Shown here piece by piece: positions 1 through 11,679 of a DNA stretch of 64,000 bases. The stretch's first letter is position 1; every line of letters starts with the position of its first letter. The notes beneath the pieces were generated by a model that saw nothing but the letters and a program-made list of their open reading frames with translations, did no database searches and was not told where the DNA came from. Source of the stretch: Dendrobates tinctorius (Eukaryota); the NCBI RefSeq assembly GCF_039654945.1, contig NW_027361932.1:17174001-17238000 (forward strand). Direction: 5' to 3'. Both the position numbers and the translations under genes were made by a program.

Positions 1-643
1 GCACTCTTTCTAAACTGAACACAAAACTGAACTCAAAACTAACTTCAGCACTGAACTCCTCTTTCTCTGGGACTCACCCCAGACTGACCTACAATTCTCA
101 ACTTTCCCCCTCTTTTATACTAACTCCACCCACCTCCCAGCACATTTCTTGTTACGAAGCAGGGTTCCATGAAGGGTGCTCTGCTACCCCCAGCCTGAAG
201 CTGCTATGTGGACCTACTGAACTATCCTGTGTGTGGGATGCAGATGTTGGAGTGTGGAAAGGAGTTCCCAACTTACCTAGTTGGTGGGGAACTACACCTT
301 AGCAGAAGGTGCAGTACCTCTGTGGCGACTGAGCCTCAGGGGCGCCACAACAGGCTCCACTCAATTCCCTACCCCTACCCCCTTTCCCTCCACTGCACCA
401 TACCATGTGTTTGTCTCCCCTACAGTTTTTCTTTGTCTCCTTACTTATACAATCACATTTTTGTACTGTTGCAACATTTGTAATGTACTAAAAATAATTG
501 TTTAAAAATTAAAATCATAAAATGTAAATTAAAATATTTGCATACCCAAGGAGCATATTGTACATATACTCGTGGCTGGGTTGTGTGGCCAGCTTTCGAG
601 GCATGGTGCTACATTAACACATTATATTGTTTCTGTCTTCTAG

Positions 644-816
644 TTCTTCGCGGTGATCATTCACCCAGATCAACAAATGTCTTTTGGTGGAACTAAAGAT
701 CCCTGTGGCCTGTGCAGTCTGCAAAGCATTGCAAAGACTGGTGGTATACGTAATGAAAGATACTCCAAGATGCTGTGCGAATTTCTGAACAAACAGCTGC
801 AAATACCTCCTGAAAG
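644..816 (+). CDS. MIF: MIF-family gene, coding exon 2 (divergent MIF/MIF-like)
   Basis: After the ttcTAG acceptor it reads FFAVIIHPDQQMSFGGTKDPCGLCSLQSIAKTGGIRNERYSKMLCEFLNKQLQIPPE(R), collinear with MIF [34 protein letters not shown]...; 173 nt, the size of vertebrate MIF exon 2; donor GCAAGT. Exon 1 lies outside the window. Confidence 0.9.
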
Positions 817-1844
817 GCAAGTCAAAAGCATGCATGTATTATATGTCTTTTTTTATTGATATTGACTAAGAGGTGGATCACATTGGAATGGATATGCTTT
901 ACAGCTTTTACTGTATGTGCCCATGGTCAGCAAAGTTATGGACACATCGCACTTGCGTTCCGTCCAAACCGCTGTATTCTATGATACCAGCACAATGGAT
1001 GGAATTTATAAAAATCCCTTCCCCACTGTGCTTCTATTTGACACAGCGTAAATTCCCCCAAGGCGCTTGTATACAAGCCACATGTCCATTTCTGTTACGG
1101 AGACTATCCAGCTTAAATTACATATAAAACACAGAAGACAATAGTATGCTAAAATATTTTTAAAACCTCCAAATTATGAAATTAGACCTAGACATACCAA
1201 TTGGTCACGAACTATACTTGGAGAAAAAGACTCTGTTGATAACAGTAATTTAGGCCTATAGGACTAAAAGCTTCCAATAGCGAAATCATTTCAGCTTCTT
1301 TCCTCAGCAGTAGTGTGGGGCAGATTAGAGTATATTGGTAAGAGATCAAAATACTTATCGGTTTTCTTTTTCTTGTATTTCAATAAGGATAGGCTATGCT
1401 CAAAACTTTGCTTAGTCATCTCAAACAGGGATCCTTGTATTAATGGTCTGTTACATAATTCTTGTGATTGTGATAAGAATGTCTCATTGCCATGTCGCTG
1501 CACAATCACAGGACTTGCACGTGTGGTAAGCCTTGGTTAGCATTACAGAAATGATAGCTGCCATGTCTCACTGGAGATATGGTAGTTATCTTATTATAGC
1601 CTCTAAATACTACATTTAAATGGGTGTATGTAAAAAAAAAAAAGCATCATGGGCAGGTAATACTTGAAAATATCAAAAATAGCATTACTAACCTGTTGAA
1701 ACCCCTGACATTCCGGCACAATGCTAAAGCATTTCCGACCCAACTGATTTAAACATGTCCACCTTACCCAATTTTCTGGTAATGTTTTCACTTCTACATG
1801 TATAGGTATTCTCTCATACATATTTTTTCTATTGTCTCTTTCAG

Positions 1845-1923
1845 GGTTTACATTACTTTCCATGACGTAAACGCGGGCAATGTTGGTTGGAATGGTTCTA
1901 CTTTTGCCGGAGTTGCCCTTTAA
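1845..1923 (+). CDS. MIF: MIF-family gene, last coding exon
   Basis: tttcAG acceptor, then (R)VYITFHDVNAGNVGWNGSTFAGVAL*, matching the MIF C-terminus [22 protein letters not shown]; phase matches exon 2. Confidence 0.9.
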
Positions 1924-2129
1924 AACCTTAGAATAATACTACTTGCAACTGCACTGTATTTTACTTCCTCCTATGAATATATTGTACTATGAAATAGATG
2001 GAAAAAAACAGCAGTCATTCTTTTCTGTCATGTATAAATTAGTTACAGCTTTTAGACTTCAGTACCTTGTCTTCTCTTATGAAATTGGAAGACTTTATTC
2101 AGTAATTATTTGTCATTATTATTTTTATT

Positions 2130-2330
2130 ATACATTTATATAGCGCTATTTATTCCATAGCGCTTTACATGTGAAAAGGGGAAATATAGACAAGTATAAG
2201 ACAAGGGACACACAAGTACAGAAGGAGAAAGGACTCACAGACTATAGGGATGGGTGAGGATACACTAGGAGAGGGTAGAGCTGGCTGTGCAGTGGTTCAG
2301 TAGATTGCGGGTCTTTACAGGTTGTAGCCT
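2130..2330 (-). mobile_element. 3' fragment of L2/CR1-type LINE or related SINE tail
   Basis: atttatatagcgc...cgctttaca resembles the reverse complement of the SINE tail at ~18890-18930. Confidence 0.4.
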
Positions 2331-3090
2331 TGTCGGAACAGGTGGGCACCAGTTCACAGCATTCAGCTGGAGCACCACTGCACCAGAAAGCTCCTGTCTT
2401 CAGCACAGTTGGTTTCCAAAAGGACCTGTATAACCAACCGTCAGCTGATGCACCAGGTAACCTTTTAAAGGAAGGTGAGAGTGGTCACCACCTGCATCAG
2501 CAAACTCACCTAGCAGCAATGTTATTACACTAGCGGCGGGAAAAACTGATATTAACCCCCAATGGCCTGAAAGGAAAAAAGTTTTAATGTGAAAATCCAT
2601 ATCTGACACAGATCCAAAAAATGGATTGTGACAGTACCCTTACTTCAATGAGGGGCCTCTGGACCCTCAACACCGCACCTCACCAGAAAACAACCTAAAA
2701 TGAGGACGCCTCGATCCACCAGAGTTCACCTGACTCTCAGGTTTATGGCAAATGTGGACCGATGGAGGTGACAACGTATGCTCCGGAGGCGCCACAAATC
2801 TCCAGAGTGCCGACCTGGGGAATGAATTGTGTACGGGCATTACTGGGGTAACTCCAGCTGGTAAGTCCCCGGACCGAGAATGGCCGACACCCGATACGGC
2901 CCGATCACCCGATAACGCCAAACCCCAGCAGCACACTTCCACCGGATGTTTTTCGTGCACACCCATATGTACTCATTCACACACAGGTCCGGACCTGAAC
3001 ATTTATTGCCACGCACACATTTGCCACAAGATGGTGAACTCTTCACAGATCCAACAACAGAGGCGCCCCCCCGTGTCATCACCCTCACAA
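2330..3090 (-). mobile_element. Degenerate chromovirus-type Gypsy remnant (integrase C-terminus, PPT, part of LTR)
   Basis: Minus-strand peptides RYRVIGPYRVSAILGPGTYQLELP and PVHNSF (GPY/F motif); gggtactgtcac PPT/LTR junction at ~2628-2640 on the minus strand. Confidence 0.65.
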
Positions 3091-4890
3091 AGAAAGGAGA
3101 GCGGAGAGAGAAAGAAAGAACAGAGAGCAAAAGAAAGAACAGTGAGCAAGAAAGAAAGAGGGGAAAGAAAGAACAGAGAGCGAAAGAAAGAAAGGGGAAA
3201 GAAAGAAAGAACATAGAAAAAGAAAGAGGGGAAATAAAGAAAGAACAGAGAAAAAGAAAGAAAGAACACAGAGAGAAAGAAAGAGGGGACAGAAAAAAAG
3301 AACAGAGAGAAAGAAAGAACAGAGAAAGAAAGAGGGGAAAGAAAGAAAGAGGGGAAAGAAAGAACAGATAGAAAGAACAGAGAGAGAAAGAAAGAACAGA
3401 CAGAGAAATAGAAAGGAAGAATAGAGAGAAAGAAAGGGGAAAGAAAGAAAGGACAGAGAAAGAAAGAAGGGACAGAAAAACAGAACAGAGAGAGAAAGAA
3501 AGAACACAGAGAGAAAGAAAGAGGGAAAAGCAAGAACAGACAGAAAGAACAGAGAGAGAAAGAAAGAACAGAGAGAGAAAGAGAAAGGAAGAACAGAGAG
3601 AAAAAGAAAGAGGGAAAAGAGAGAACAGAGTGAAAGAAACAACAGAGAGAGAGAAAAAAGGGGAAAGAAAGGACAGAGAAAGAAAGAAAGAGGGGAAAGA
3701 AAAAAAGAAAGAACAGAGAGAGAGAAAGAACAGAGAGAGAGAAAGAAAGAGGGGAAAGAAAGAACAGAGAAAGAAAGAGGGGACAGAAAAAAAGAACAGA
3801 GGGAGAGCAAAAGAAAGAGTGGAAAGAAAGAAAGAACAGAGAGAAAGAAAAAGGGGAAAGAAAGAACAGAGAGAGAGAAAGAGGGGAAAGAAAGAACAGA
3901 AAGAAAGAAGTAAAGAAAGAAAGAGAAAGAAAGAACAGAGAGAAAGAAAGAGGGGAAAGAAATAGAAAGAAAGACGGGAAAGAAAGAACAAAGAGAAAGA
4001 AAAAAAGAAAGATTAGAGAGAGAAAGAAAGAACAGAGAGAAAGAAAGAGAGGGAAAGAAAGAACAGAGAGAGAAAGAAAGGGGAAAGAAAGGAAGAACAG
4101 AGAAAAAGAAAGAAAGAACAGAGAGAAAGAAAGAGGGGACAGAAAAAAGAACAGAGAGAAAGAAAGAACAGAGAAAGAAAAAGGGGAAAGAAAGAACAGA
4201 GAGAGAATAGAAAGAAAGAACAGAGAGAGAAAGAGAAAGGAAGAACAGAGAGAGAGAGAAAGAAAGAGGGGAAAGAAAAGAGAGTGAAAGAAACAGAGAG
4301 AAAGAAAGGGGAAAGAAAGAACAGAGAGAAAAAGAAAGAGGGGAAAGAAAAAAAAGAAAACAGAGAGAGAAAGAACAGAGAGAGAAAGAGGGAAAAGAAA
4401 GAACAGAGAGAGAAAGAAAGAGGGGACAGAAAAAAACAGAGGGAGAGTGAAAGAAAGAGGGGAAAGAGCAGAGAGANNNNNNNNNNNNNNNNNNNNNNNN
4501 NNNNNNNNNNNNNNNNNNNNNNNNNNNNNNNNNNNNNNNNNNNNNNNNNNNNNNNNNNNNNNNNNNNNNNNNNNNNNNNNNNNNNNNNNNNNNNNNNNNN
4601 NNNNNAGAAGAGAGCGATAGAGAAAGAGGGGAAAGAAAGAACAGAGAGAGACAGAAAAAGAACAGAGAGAGAGAAAGAAAGAAAGGACAGAGAGAAAGAA
4701 AGAGGAAAGAAAAAGAAAGAAAAATGGGAAAGAAACAGAGAGAGAAAGAAAGAACAGGGAGAGAAAGAAAAAAGAAACATTAGAGAGAGAAAGAACAGAG
4801 AGAGAGAAAAAGAGAGGGAAAGACAGAGCAGAGAATGAGAAAGAAAGAACAGAGAAAGAAAGAAACAGAGAGAGAGAAAGAAAGAAAGAT
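3090..4890. repeat. Purine-rich (A/G) compound simple repeat, containing a 129-N assembly gap at 4477-4605
   Basis: Reiterated agaaagaacagagag / gaggggaaag units, almost no pyrimidines on the + strand. Confidence 0.97.
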
Positions 4891-5199
4891 TTTATAAAGA
4901 TACTATAGCAGCCCGGCTCCCATTGTAATGCCCACCTGACCCTTCCGATGCAGGACATATCATGATCCACTCACATGGCCGGCATCCCCAATTCCAAGGC
5001 GATCCTGCTGTCCGTGCTGTCGGAGGAGGACATGGTGATGGATTTGAAGCATTCCTGGTTCCGTCACAATCTCATCATGAAATTACCTCATTTCTGGTCA
5101 GCTTCCAGCACATCACTTCCGGAGGACCATCATGTGCGAGTTTTAAAGTGCTCCTCGGGGCTCCACCCTGTGTCCGTGGGAAAAGCCTGCTTTGTATGC

Positions 5200-6570
5200 C
5201 TCGTACACACTTGGCTCCGCTCCGTACACATATGGCTCCAGTCCGTACACACACGTGGTCCGCTCCGCATACCCCATACACACGCGGCTCCGCTCCATAC
5301 ACCAATTACACACGACTCCGCTCTGTACACCTCGTACACACGTGGCTACACTCCATACACCTCGTACACACACGGCTCCGCTCTGTACACCTCATACGCA
5401 CGTGGCTCCGTACACCTCACATGCGCGGCTCCGCTCAGTGCACCTCGTACACGTGCAGCTCCGCTCCGTATACCTCGTACACGCGTGGCTCTGCTCCGTA
5501 CACACGTGGCTTCGCTCCATACACCTCATACACATGTGACTCGGTACACCTTGTACGCATGTGGCTCCGCTCCATACACCTCGTACACACGTGGCTACAC
5601 TCCATACACCTCGTACACACACGGATCTGCTCTGTACACCTCATACGCACGTGGCTCCGTACACCTCACATGCGCGGCTCCGCTCAGTGCACCTCATACA
5701 AGTGCAGCTCCGCTCCGTATGCCCCATACACACGTGGCTCTGCTCTGTACACACGCGGCTCCGCTCCGTACACACATGGCTTCGCTCCGTACACCTCATA
5801 CACACGTGACTCTGTACACCTCGTACGCATGTGGCTCCGCTCCGTACACCTCGTACACACACGGCTCCGCACACCTCGTACACATGCGGCTCTGCTCCGT
5901 ACACACACGGCTCCACTCCGTTCACACGCGGCTCCGCTCCGTACACCTCAAACACACATGGCTCCGTACACCTCTTACACGCGCGGCTCCGCTCTGTACA
6001 CCTGATACACAAGTGGCTCTGCTCCGTAGACCTCGTACACACGAGGCTTCACTCCGTACACCTCATACACACACGGCTCCGCCCCGTACACACGCGGCTC
6101 AGCTCTGTACACCTCATACACACGTGGCTCCGTACACCTCGTACACACACGGCTCCGCTCTGTACACCTTGTACACACGCGGCTCCGCTCTATACACCTC
6201 ATACACATGTGGCTCTGCTCCGTACACCTCGTACACATGCGGCTCCGCTCCATATACCTCGTACACACGTGGCTCCACTCCGTACACACGCGTCTCCGCT
6301 CCATACACCTCATACACACATGGCTCCGTACACCTCGTACACACACGGCTCCGCTCCGTACACCTCGTACACACACGGCTCCGCTCTATACACCTCATAC
6401 ACATGTGGCTCTGCTCCGTACACCTCGTACACACGCGGCTCCGCTCCATATACCTCGTACACACGTGGCTCTGCTCCGTACACCTTGTACACACACAGCT
6501 CTGCTCTGTCCACCTCGTACACACGTGGCTACGTTCCGTACACCTCAAACACACACAGCTCTGCTACATC
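5200..6570. repeat. ~30-bp minisatellite (ACACGCGGCTCCGCTCCGTACACCTCGTAC variants)
   Basis: Dozens of tandem variants of roughly 21-30 nt. Confidence 0.95.
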
Positions 6571-7029
6571 CACACTGTAAACCCCTTCTGACCCCACACA
6601 GAAACTTCCCCCATCCAGCACCATGACAACCAGCACAGCAGAGTCCTGCAAACATGGAGGCCCCTGATCATGTGACCCCTGACTCCTCCCCTCCTGTGAC
6701 CTCAACACAGGTCCTGTGCGCGCAGCCAGAGAACAGCCCAGTCACATCATTGCAGGCTGCGGTGGGGCTCTGGGAGGGCGAGGATGGGGTTGGTGCATGG
6801 GGGGCGTGGGGGCTCAGTGCAATGCTGGAAAAATAGCTTCCCGGGTGAGACGCGGGTGAGAGGTGTCAAAAACGGGACTGTCCTGCAAGAAACGGGACGG
6901 TTGGGAGCTATGGTGAATGAGCTGCTGCGAGCAGGGAGGCTGTGTTCCCAGCTGGACTGAACTGCGGTGACTTCAGCACTGTGGGAAAAAGTCAGTGATG
7001 AGGTCACCGTTGTTTAAGCTCAGTGTCTT

Positions 7030-8056
7030 TGTGGCGCCCCCAGGAGTATGGTCGCCACAGTGGCATTACCTTCCTCCTAGGGAGTGTGATGTCATGCTTG
7101 GAAGCAATGAAGGGTCTCTCTATCAGTTAATCACAACACAGTTCCCTTTCCAGGCCAGCAGAGGGAGCTCTGAACCCAAAACTGGGGGAAGAGCTGCTCT
7201 CTGGGGGCCAGGAAGGGGAAATTAGGAGTTCATGTGAGGAGGGCAACGTGTGTGGACGTGGAGGAGAAGTGCTGGGAGATTGAGAAGAGAGTTCAGGCTC
7301 ATTCCCAGCTATAGCGCATGATCTGGAGCCCGGTCTCCAAGGCTGTACGGACATTGATGGTCCTGCAACAGAAACCGGAGGAATAGGAAGCTGTAAATGC
7401 TCTATTCCCACATAAGACTCGGAGGCACAACAGCTACGTGTGAGCCAGAAGAAGAAGGCTACAGCTGTCTGCCATACGAGGGAGTTCTAAAGAGAATAAG
7501 CAAGTGGAACTTCAGTGTAACACAGTACTGCAAGTACCTAAAACTAAGCGCTAGGAAGGAGACTACACAACCCATCTGCCTAGAGAGATTCCTAAGTTGC
7601 TTCCAGGCTAGCCAGCTTCTGTACCATCTGTAATCTGGTCCCTGGACTGCATTTGCCAAGCAAAGTAAAGGTAAAGAAACTGTACCCTATTGTGTCCTTG
7701 CTTTCTTCCTGCAACCCCGTCAGCACAGCTACATCTCTGTGCCAGACACTACACCCTCTTCCTCAACACCTATCCTCTCTGCCCTGGGATTACTGCCCTA
7801 CCTATGGAGGGCCACAACATCATAGCTGCACCACACCATCTGTCCCAGGGGATCTGTCTGCAGCGTCGGCTTAACATCTCCATTGCCGAACACCACAGGT
7901 GGCGTCACGAATCATTCACTCATAAACTTTATTCCATCACTTAACCCCTTTTACATGGGCGCCCAGGGCCACGGACCGGGTCACCGCTGCTGTGACATTC
8001 CCCTTTAAGAGACCAGCCCGATGCCGAGTACCCCACAGCCCTGGGAGGGCGACCCA
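7030..8056 (+). repeat. 5' LTR of Gypsy provirus
   Basis: Direct repeat of 16072-17081; about 38 substitutions plus a few indels by hand count (~96% identity). Confidence 0.96.
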
Positions 8057-8059
8057 TTT

Positions 8060-8077
8060 TGGCATCACGAACAGGAT
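8060..8077 (+). promoter_or_regulatory. Primer-binding site, probably tRNA-Ser(CGA)
   Basis: TGGCATCACGAACAGGAT 3 nt after the LTR; one mismatch to the complement of a tRNA-Ser(CGA) 3' end (...ATCCTGTTCGTGACGCCA, recalled from memory). Confidence 0.7.
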
Positions 8078-9253
8078 TTACAGAGCCCGGTGTCCCCGGG
8101 TTCTGTGTGCCAGAGACAGTGTTGTGTGCCACAGACTATCGGCGCCATCGCCGCCATTACCCCGCTGCTTGGCATGCGCGGGAAACCAAAGGGGCGGGCC
8201 ATCATGGGCGGAGCCAGCCGGAGAGCGCGAAAAGTGAAATGCTGTACGGGAGGAGGCCAGCACGCGGGAAGTGAGAAGCCGAGACCTGCAGTCCCGGCGT
8301 CCCCCGATCATCCAGCCTGCAGAGCAGCAGCCGGTAAGCCAGTGCAACCCGGGGCCTGGCCAAACGTTAACTGGGGGAAAGAGAATGTCTGAAGCAAGAG
8401 CAGACGCAGCGGCGGACGCCACTGCAAACCCCACAGTGCCACAAGCTGCAGGGCCCAGCGCAGCTGCGGCTCCCATTGCACCGCTGCATCCAGCAGCCAG
8501 CGCTGCCTCCACAGCGCCACAAGAATCAGCGCCCACCGCAGCAGTCCCCATAATGCCGCTGTCCATGCCCTACATACAGGGAGCGGCCTGGCTACCGCAG
8601 TACTCAGATGAGTCACATACCCTGAGTGAATTCAAAGAGAGACTGTGCAGTTTGTTTGAGGTGTATCCTCTGTCTGAAAACCAAAAGGTGAACATCCTTA
8701 TTGGGCAGCTATCTGGTGCAGCACAGAGGGAAGTAAAAGTCTGGCAGGACACTGATAAAGAGACTGTTAAAAAGATCCTGGCTAAGCTAAAAAGCATCTT
8801 TGACACTCGCACTGCAGCTGAAATAAAGATGAGATTCTTTGGGTGTAAGCAGAGAGTGCAGGACAGTATACGGGACTATGCACTTAACCTACAGGAGGCG
8901 CTGCGAGCCATGAAGCAGATTGACCCAGACAGTGTGAAAGATGGAGACAGACTGTTAAAGGAGCAATTTATTGAGGGCCTCCTATCCAGTACCCACAGAG
9001 CACAGCTGCACATCATAGCCCTACAAAACCCTGACCAAGACTTTGCAGACTTCAAAGACAGGGCTATTTGGGTACTGCATGAACCAAACGTCAGCCGTCC
9101 AGCGCTCCCTAAGCGCCCAGCGATCACATACCATCAAGAAGCAGCATCTTTCCCTCTTAGCCCGGTGGAGTCTGATGCACACACTCTGGACAAAGACCCA
9201 ACTGCCGAACTGCGCCTTCAGGTCCAGGAGCTGACCAAAAATATGGCTGCACT

Positions 9254-11473
9254 CAGTGGCGGATTAAGTGGACCATGGGCCCAGGGCTGTTCATAAGACC
9301 TGAGCCCCAGTACCCCCCTTCCCAGGAAAACATTTTCTGTCAAAATTTTGTGGCTCTTCTCACAAAAACACTGCATATGCTGATTTTTAGGTATACAAAT
9401 TGTAACATTTATTAGACCATAAAAACAAAGAAAAATTACTTTTTTCTCACAAGAAATTGTATTGTATGGTCAAACAATATAAATAATATTAAATATTCCT
9501 CAAAATCAACAGTCAAAATATATAATGTGGTATATACTGGCCTGTATTTCTTCATACAAGGTAAACATAAGGCTACATTCACCGTACCACATGTAAGTGC
9601 AAATAAGAACATGTAAACATAATATTAAACAATAATTCAACATAATTATTTATCTATACAGATGTATATCTGTGTGGGTGGTAGCCTAACAGGAAAAGTG
9701 CAATGAGCACAGGCAACAATTTCTTAATGGACTAGAAACTCGGATTTTTTTTGACACTGTGAGAATCATGTGGGAATAGTGGATGAGGGCAGGTATATCT
9801 CGCCCAGATTCCTTTCCTATGTGGCCTAGTCTGGTCAGTATCGCACCTGCTTGCTAATGAATAATGGGAGGTGGATATAAAAGGATGCCAGGTGGTTGTG
9901 TGAGTGTCTCAGCCTGGGAACACAGAGAGCCTGTCTGTATGAGAGACACACACGTGAGTGGAAGCAGTGCCCACTGCAACTGTGGTTTGGCTGGACGGGA
10001 GAAGCCCGCCAGTTGGTAGTTAGGTTGTCCATTGTTTAGTTAGTGCCGGACAGGCAAGGATTTGTTTTATGTTTTATTTCCTTGTTGCATTGCTTTCACC
10101 GTTAATAAACCTGACTCAGGGTCAGTTACACCCGAATCCCAGCTCTGCGCCTGAGTTTCCTGCTGAACGCACGTGACCTTTGACCCCAGCAAAGGCGATC
10201 CTGGAGTGTTTTATCACAACACTGGAGATCATAAACTGCTCACAAACTTTTTCGGCGAGATTTTTTGGTGCTAAAGTCGTTGATGATTTCTGAGAGGTCT
10301 AGACTCTTCAAAAGCTCTTGTTCAAAGCTCATTAAAGAGAGATGATTGAATCTGTCTTGTCCCATTTGACTCCTCAACTCATTTTTAATTCATTTAAGTT
10401 TTGAAAAGGATCTCTCACCTGTGCAGTTTGAAACCATCATGAATAAATACAGCTAGCTGAGCGCTGCGGTCCCCGTGCGGGAATTGACAGCCGTACGGAC
10501 CGCAGCACTTGGTTTGCTGCGGGTCCGTACGGAAAACCCGCCACCATTCCGCCACGTGTGGACATGGCCTAAAAAGACGTTGCACATAAGCTGTAGGCCT
10601 ACGGCCAATACGCACAAAATCGCCCAACATGAACCTGGCCATAGGGGACGTGATGTGAGGACCTGAATGGGTTACGTTACATAATGCGTGCAGTGAACTA
10701 CTCACTGGTCCGAGGCTGTTCCTAAAGTCTGGGCACCCGGCACCCCTCTTGACCAAGGCCCCCCCCTGCCCACCCCCCCATGCCCCCCACATCCACATAA
10801 AGTAGGTGAGAGAAAGATGTGGTAGGCAACTAAGGGCTAAAACATGTGTGCCGGCGATCAAGGCCCTCTTAGAGGGTAATCATCAATAGGCAGGAAATGT
10901 ACATTTAGTTTATAATATTTAATGAGCAATCAACATAGGGCTAAAATACATGTATAACAAAGAGTGTTTTTCCCCACATCCACATGAGTCAGTCATGACA
11001 TACCTCTGCCCCACCCTGCTGCGACTTACCCCCAAGTTCGGAGAGGTGAGGAACAGGCAATGCTGCTGCTGCTGCAACACTGTCCACCAGGCACCAGAGA
11101 GTTCTTCTTCCTCCTGTAATACACGGAGTCGGCTGGGCTGTCAGTTGCCGGGCCCCGTTGTATCTATGGACACCAACGAAGGGGAGGGAACAGAGGAGCC
11201 GCTGCCAGAGTGTGAGTGGCCAGCGTCACTCTGATGCAGCCACGTGATGCCAGTTGCTGGCCGGAATGAGCGCGTACGCTGCGGAGAGAGGGGAGGAGGA
11301 TCAGGTGACTGAGCCAGCCATTCAACGCAGCGCAGCCGCCGACAATTGCCGTGACACGCGACTATTGGGGGAAGCCAAAATTGCGCTGCGGCGGTGGCGG
11401 CTCCGGATTGGCCCCCAAAAAACCTTGGGCCTGGGGCGACCGCCCCATCCGCCCCTATTAAGATCCGCCACTG
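9254..11473 (-). mobile_element. Non-autonomous hAT DNA transposon
   Basis: 11-bp TIR CAGTGGCGGAT; 8-bp TSD GCTGCACT (9246-9253, 11474-11481); minus-strand hAT dimerization-domain relic NCTGERSFSKLK*IKNELRSQMGQDRFNHLSLMSFE at 10240-10440. Confidence 0.92.
9758..10218 (+). mobile_element. Solo LTR nested in the hAT element
   Basis: TGTGAGAA...TTATCACA inverted ends; 4-bp TSD ACAC; internal TATAAAAG and AATAAA. Confidence 0.85.
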
Positions 11474-11679
11474 GCTGCACTTGCCAAAACTGTACAGTCC
11501 CTGCAGGTGTCATCAAAGGAGAAGATCCAGCTGGCCTCCAGTCCAGAGGATGTCCCATGGCTATGGAAGAAGAGGATCCCGCCACGCCGAGGAAGAGACA
11601 ACGATCGCTATGACCTGGAAGGACGTCCCTTCTGTCGTCACTGCCACAAGGCAGGCCACACTGCAAGGTTCTGTTATTT

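Noticed and set aside
2752-4970. Long F/L/S-rich and E/R/K-rich ORFs (up to 655 aa)
   Set aside because: Artefacts of a purine-rich simple repeat that rarely makes stops; some span an N gap
4962-6626. Long ORFs in several frames; CRISPR-like periodicity
   Set aside because: Minisatellite translation; no unique spacers; eukaryotic context
8271-9296. PNMA/Arc-like domesticated gag gene
   Set aside because: Part of a provirus with two LTRs, truncated by the hAT insertion
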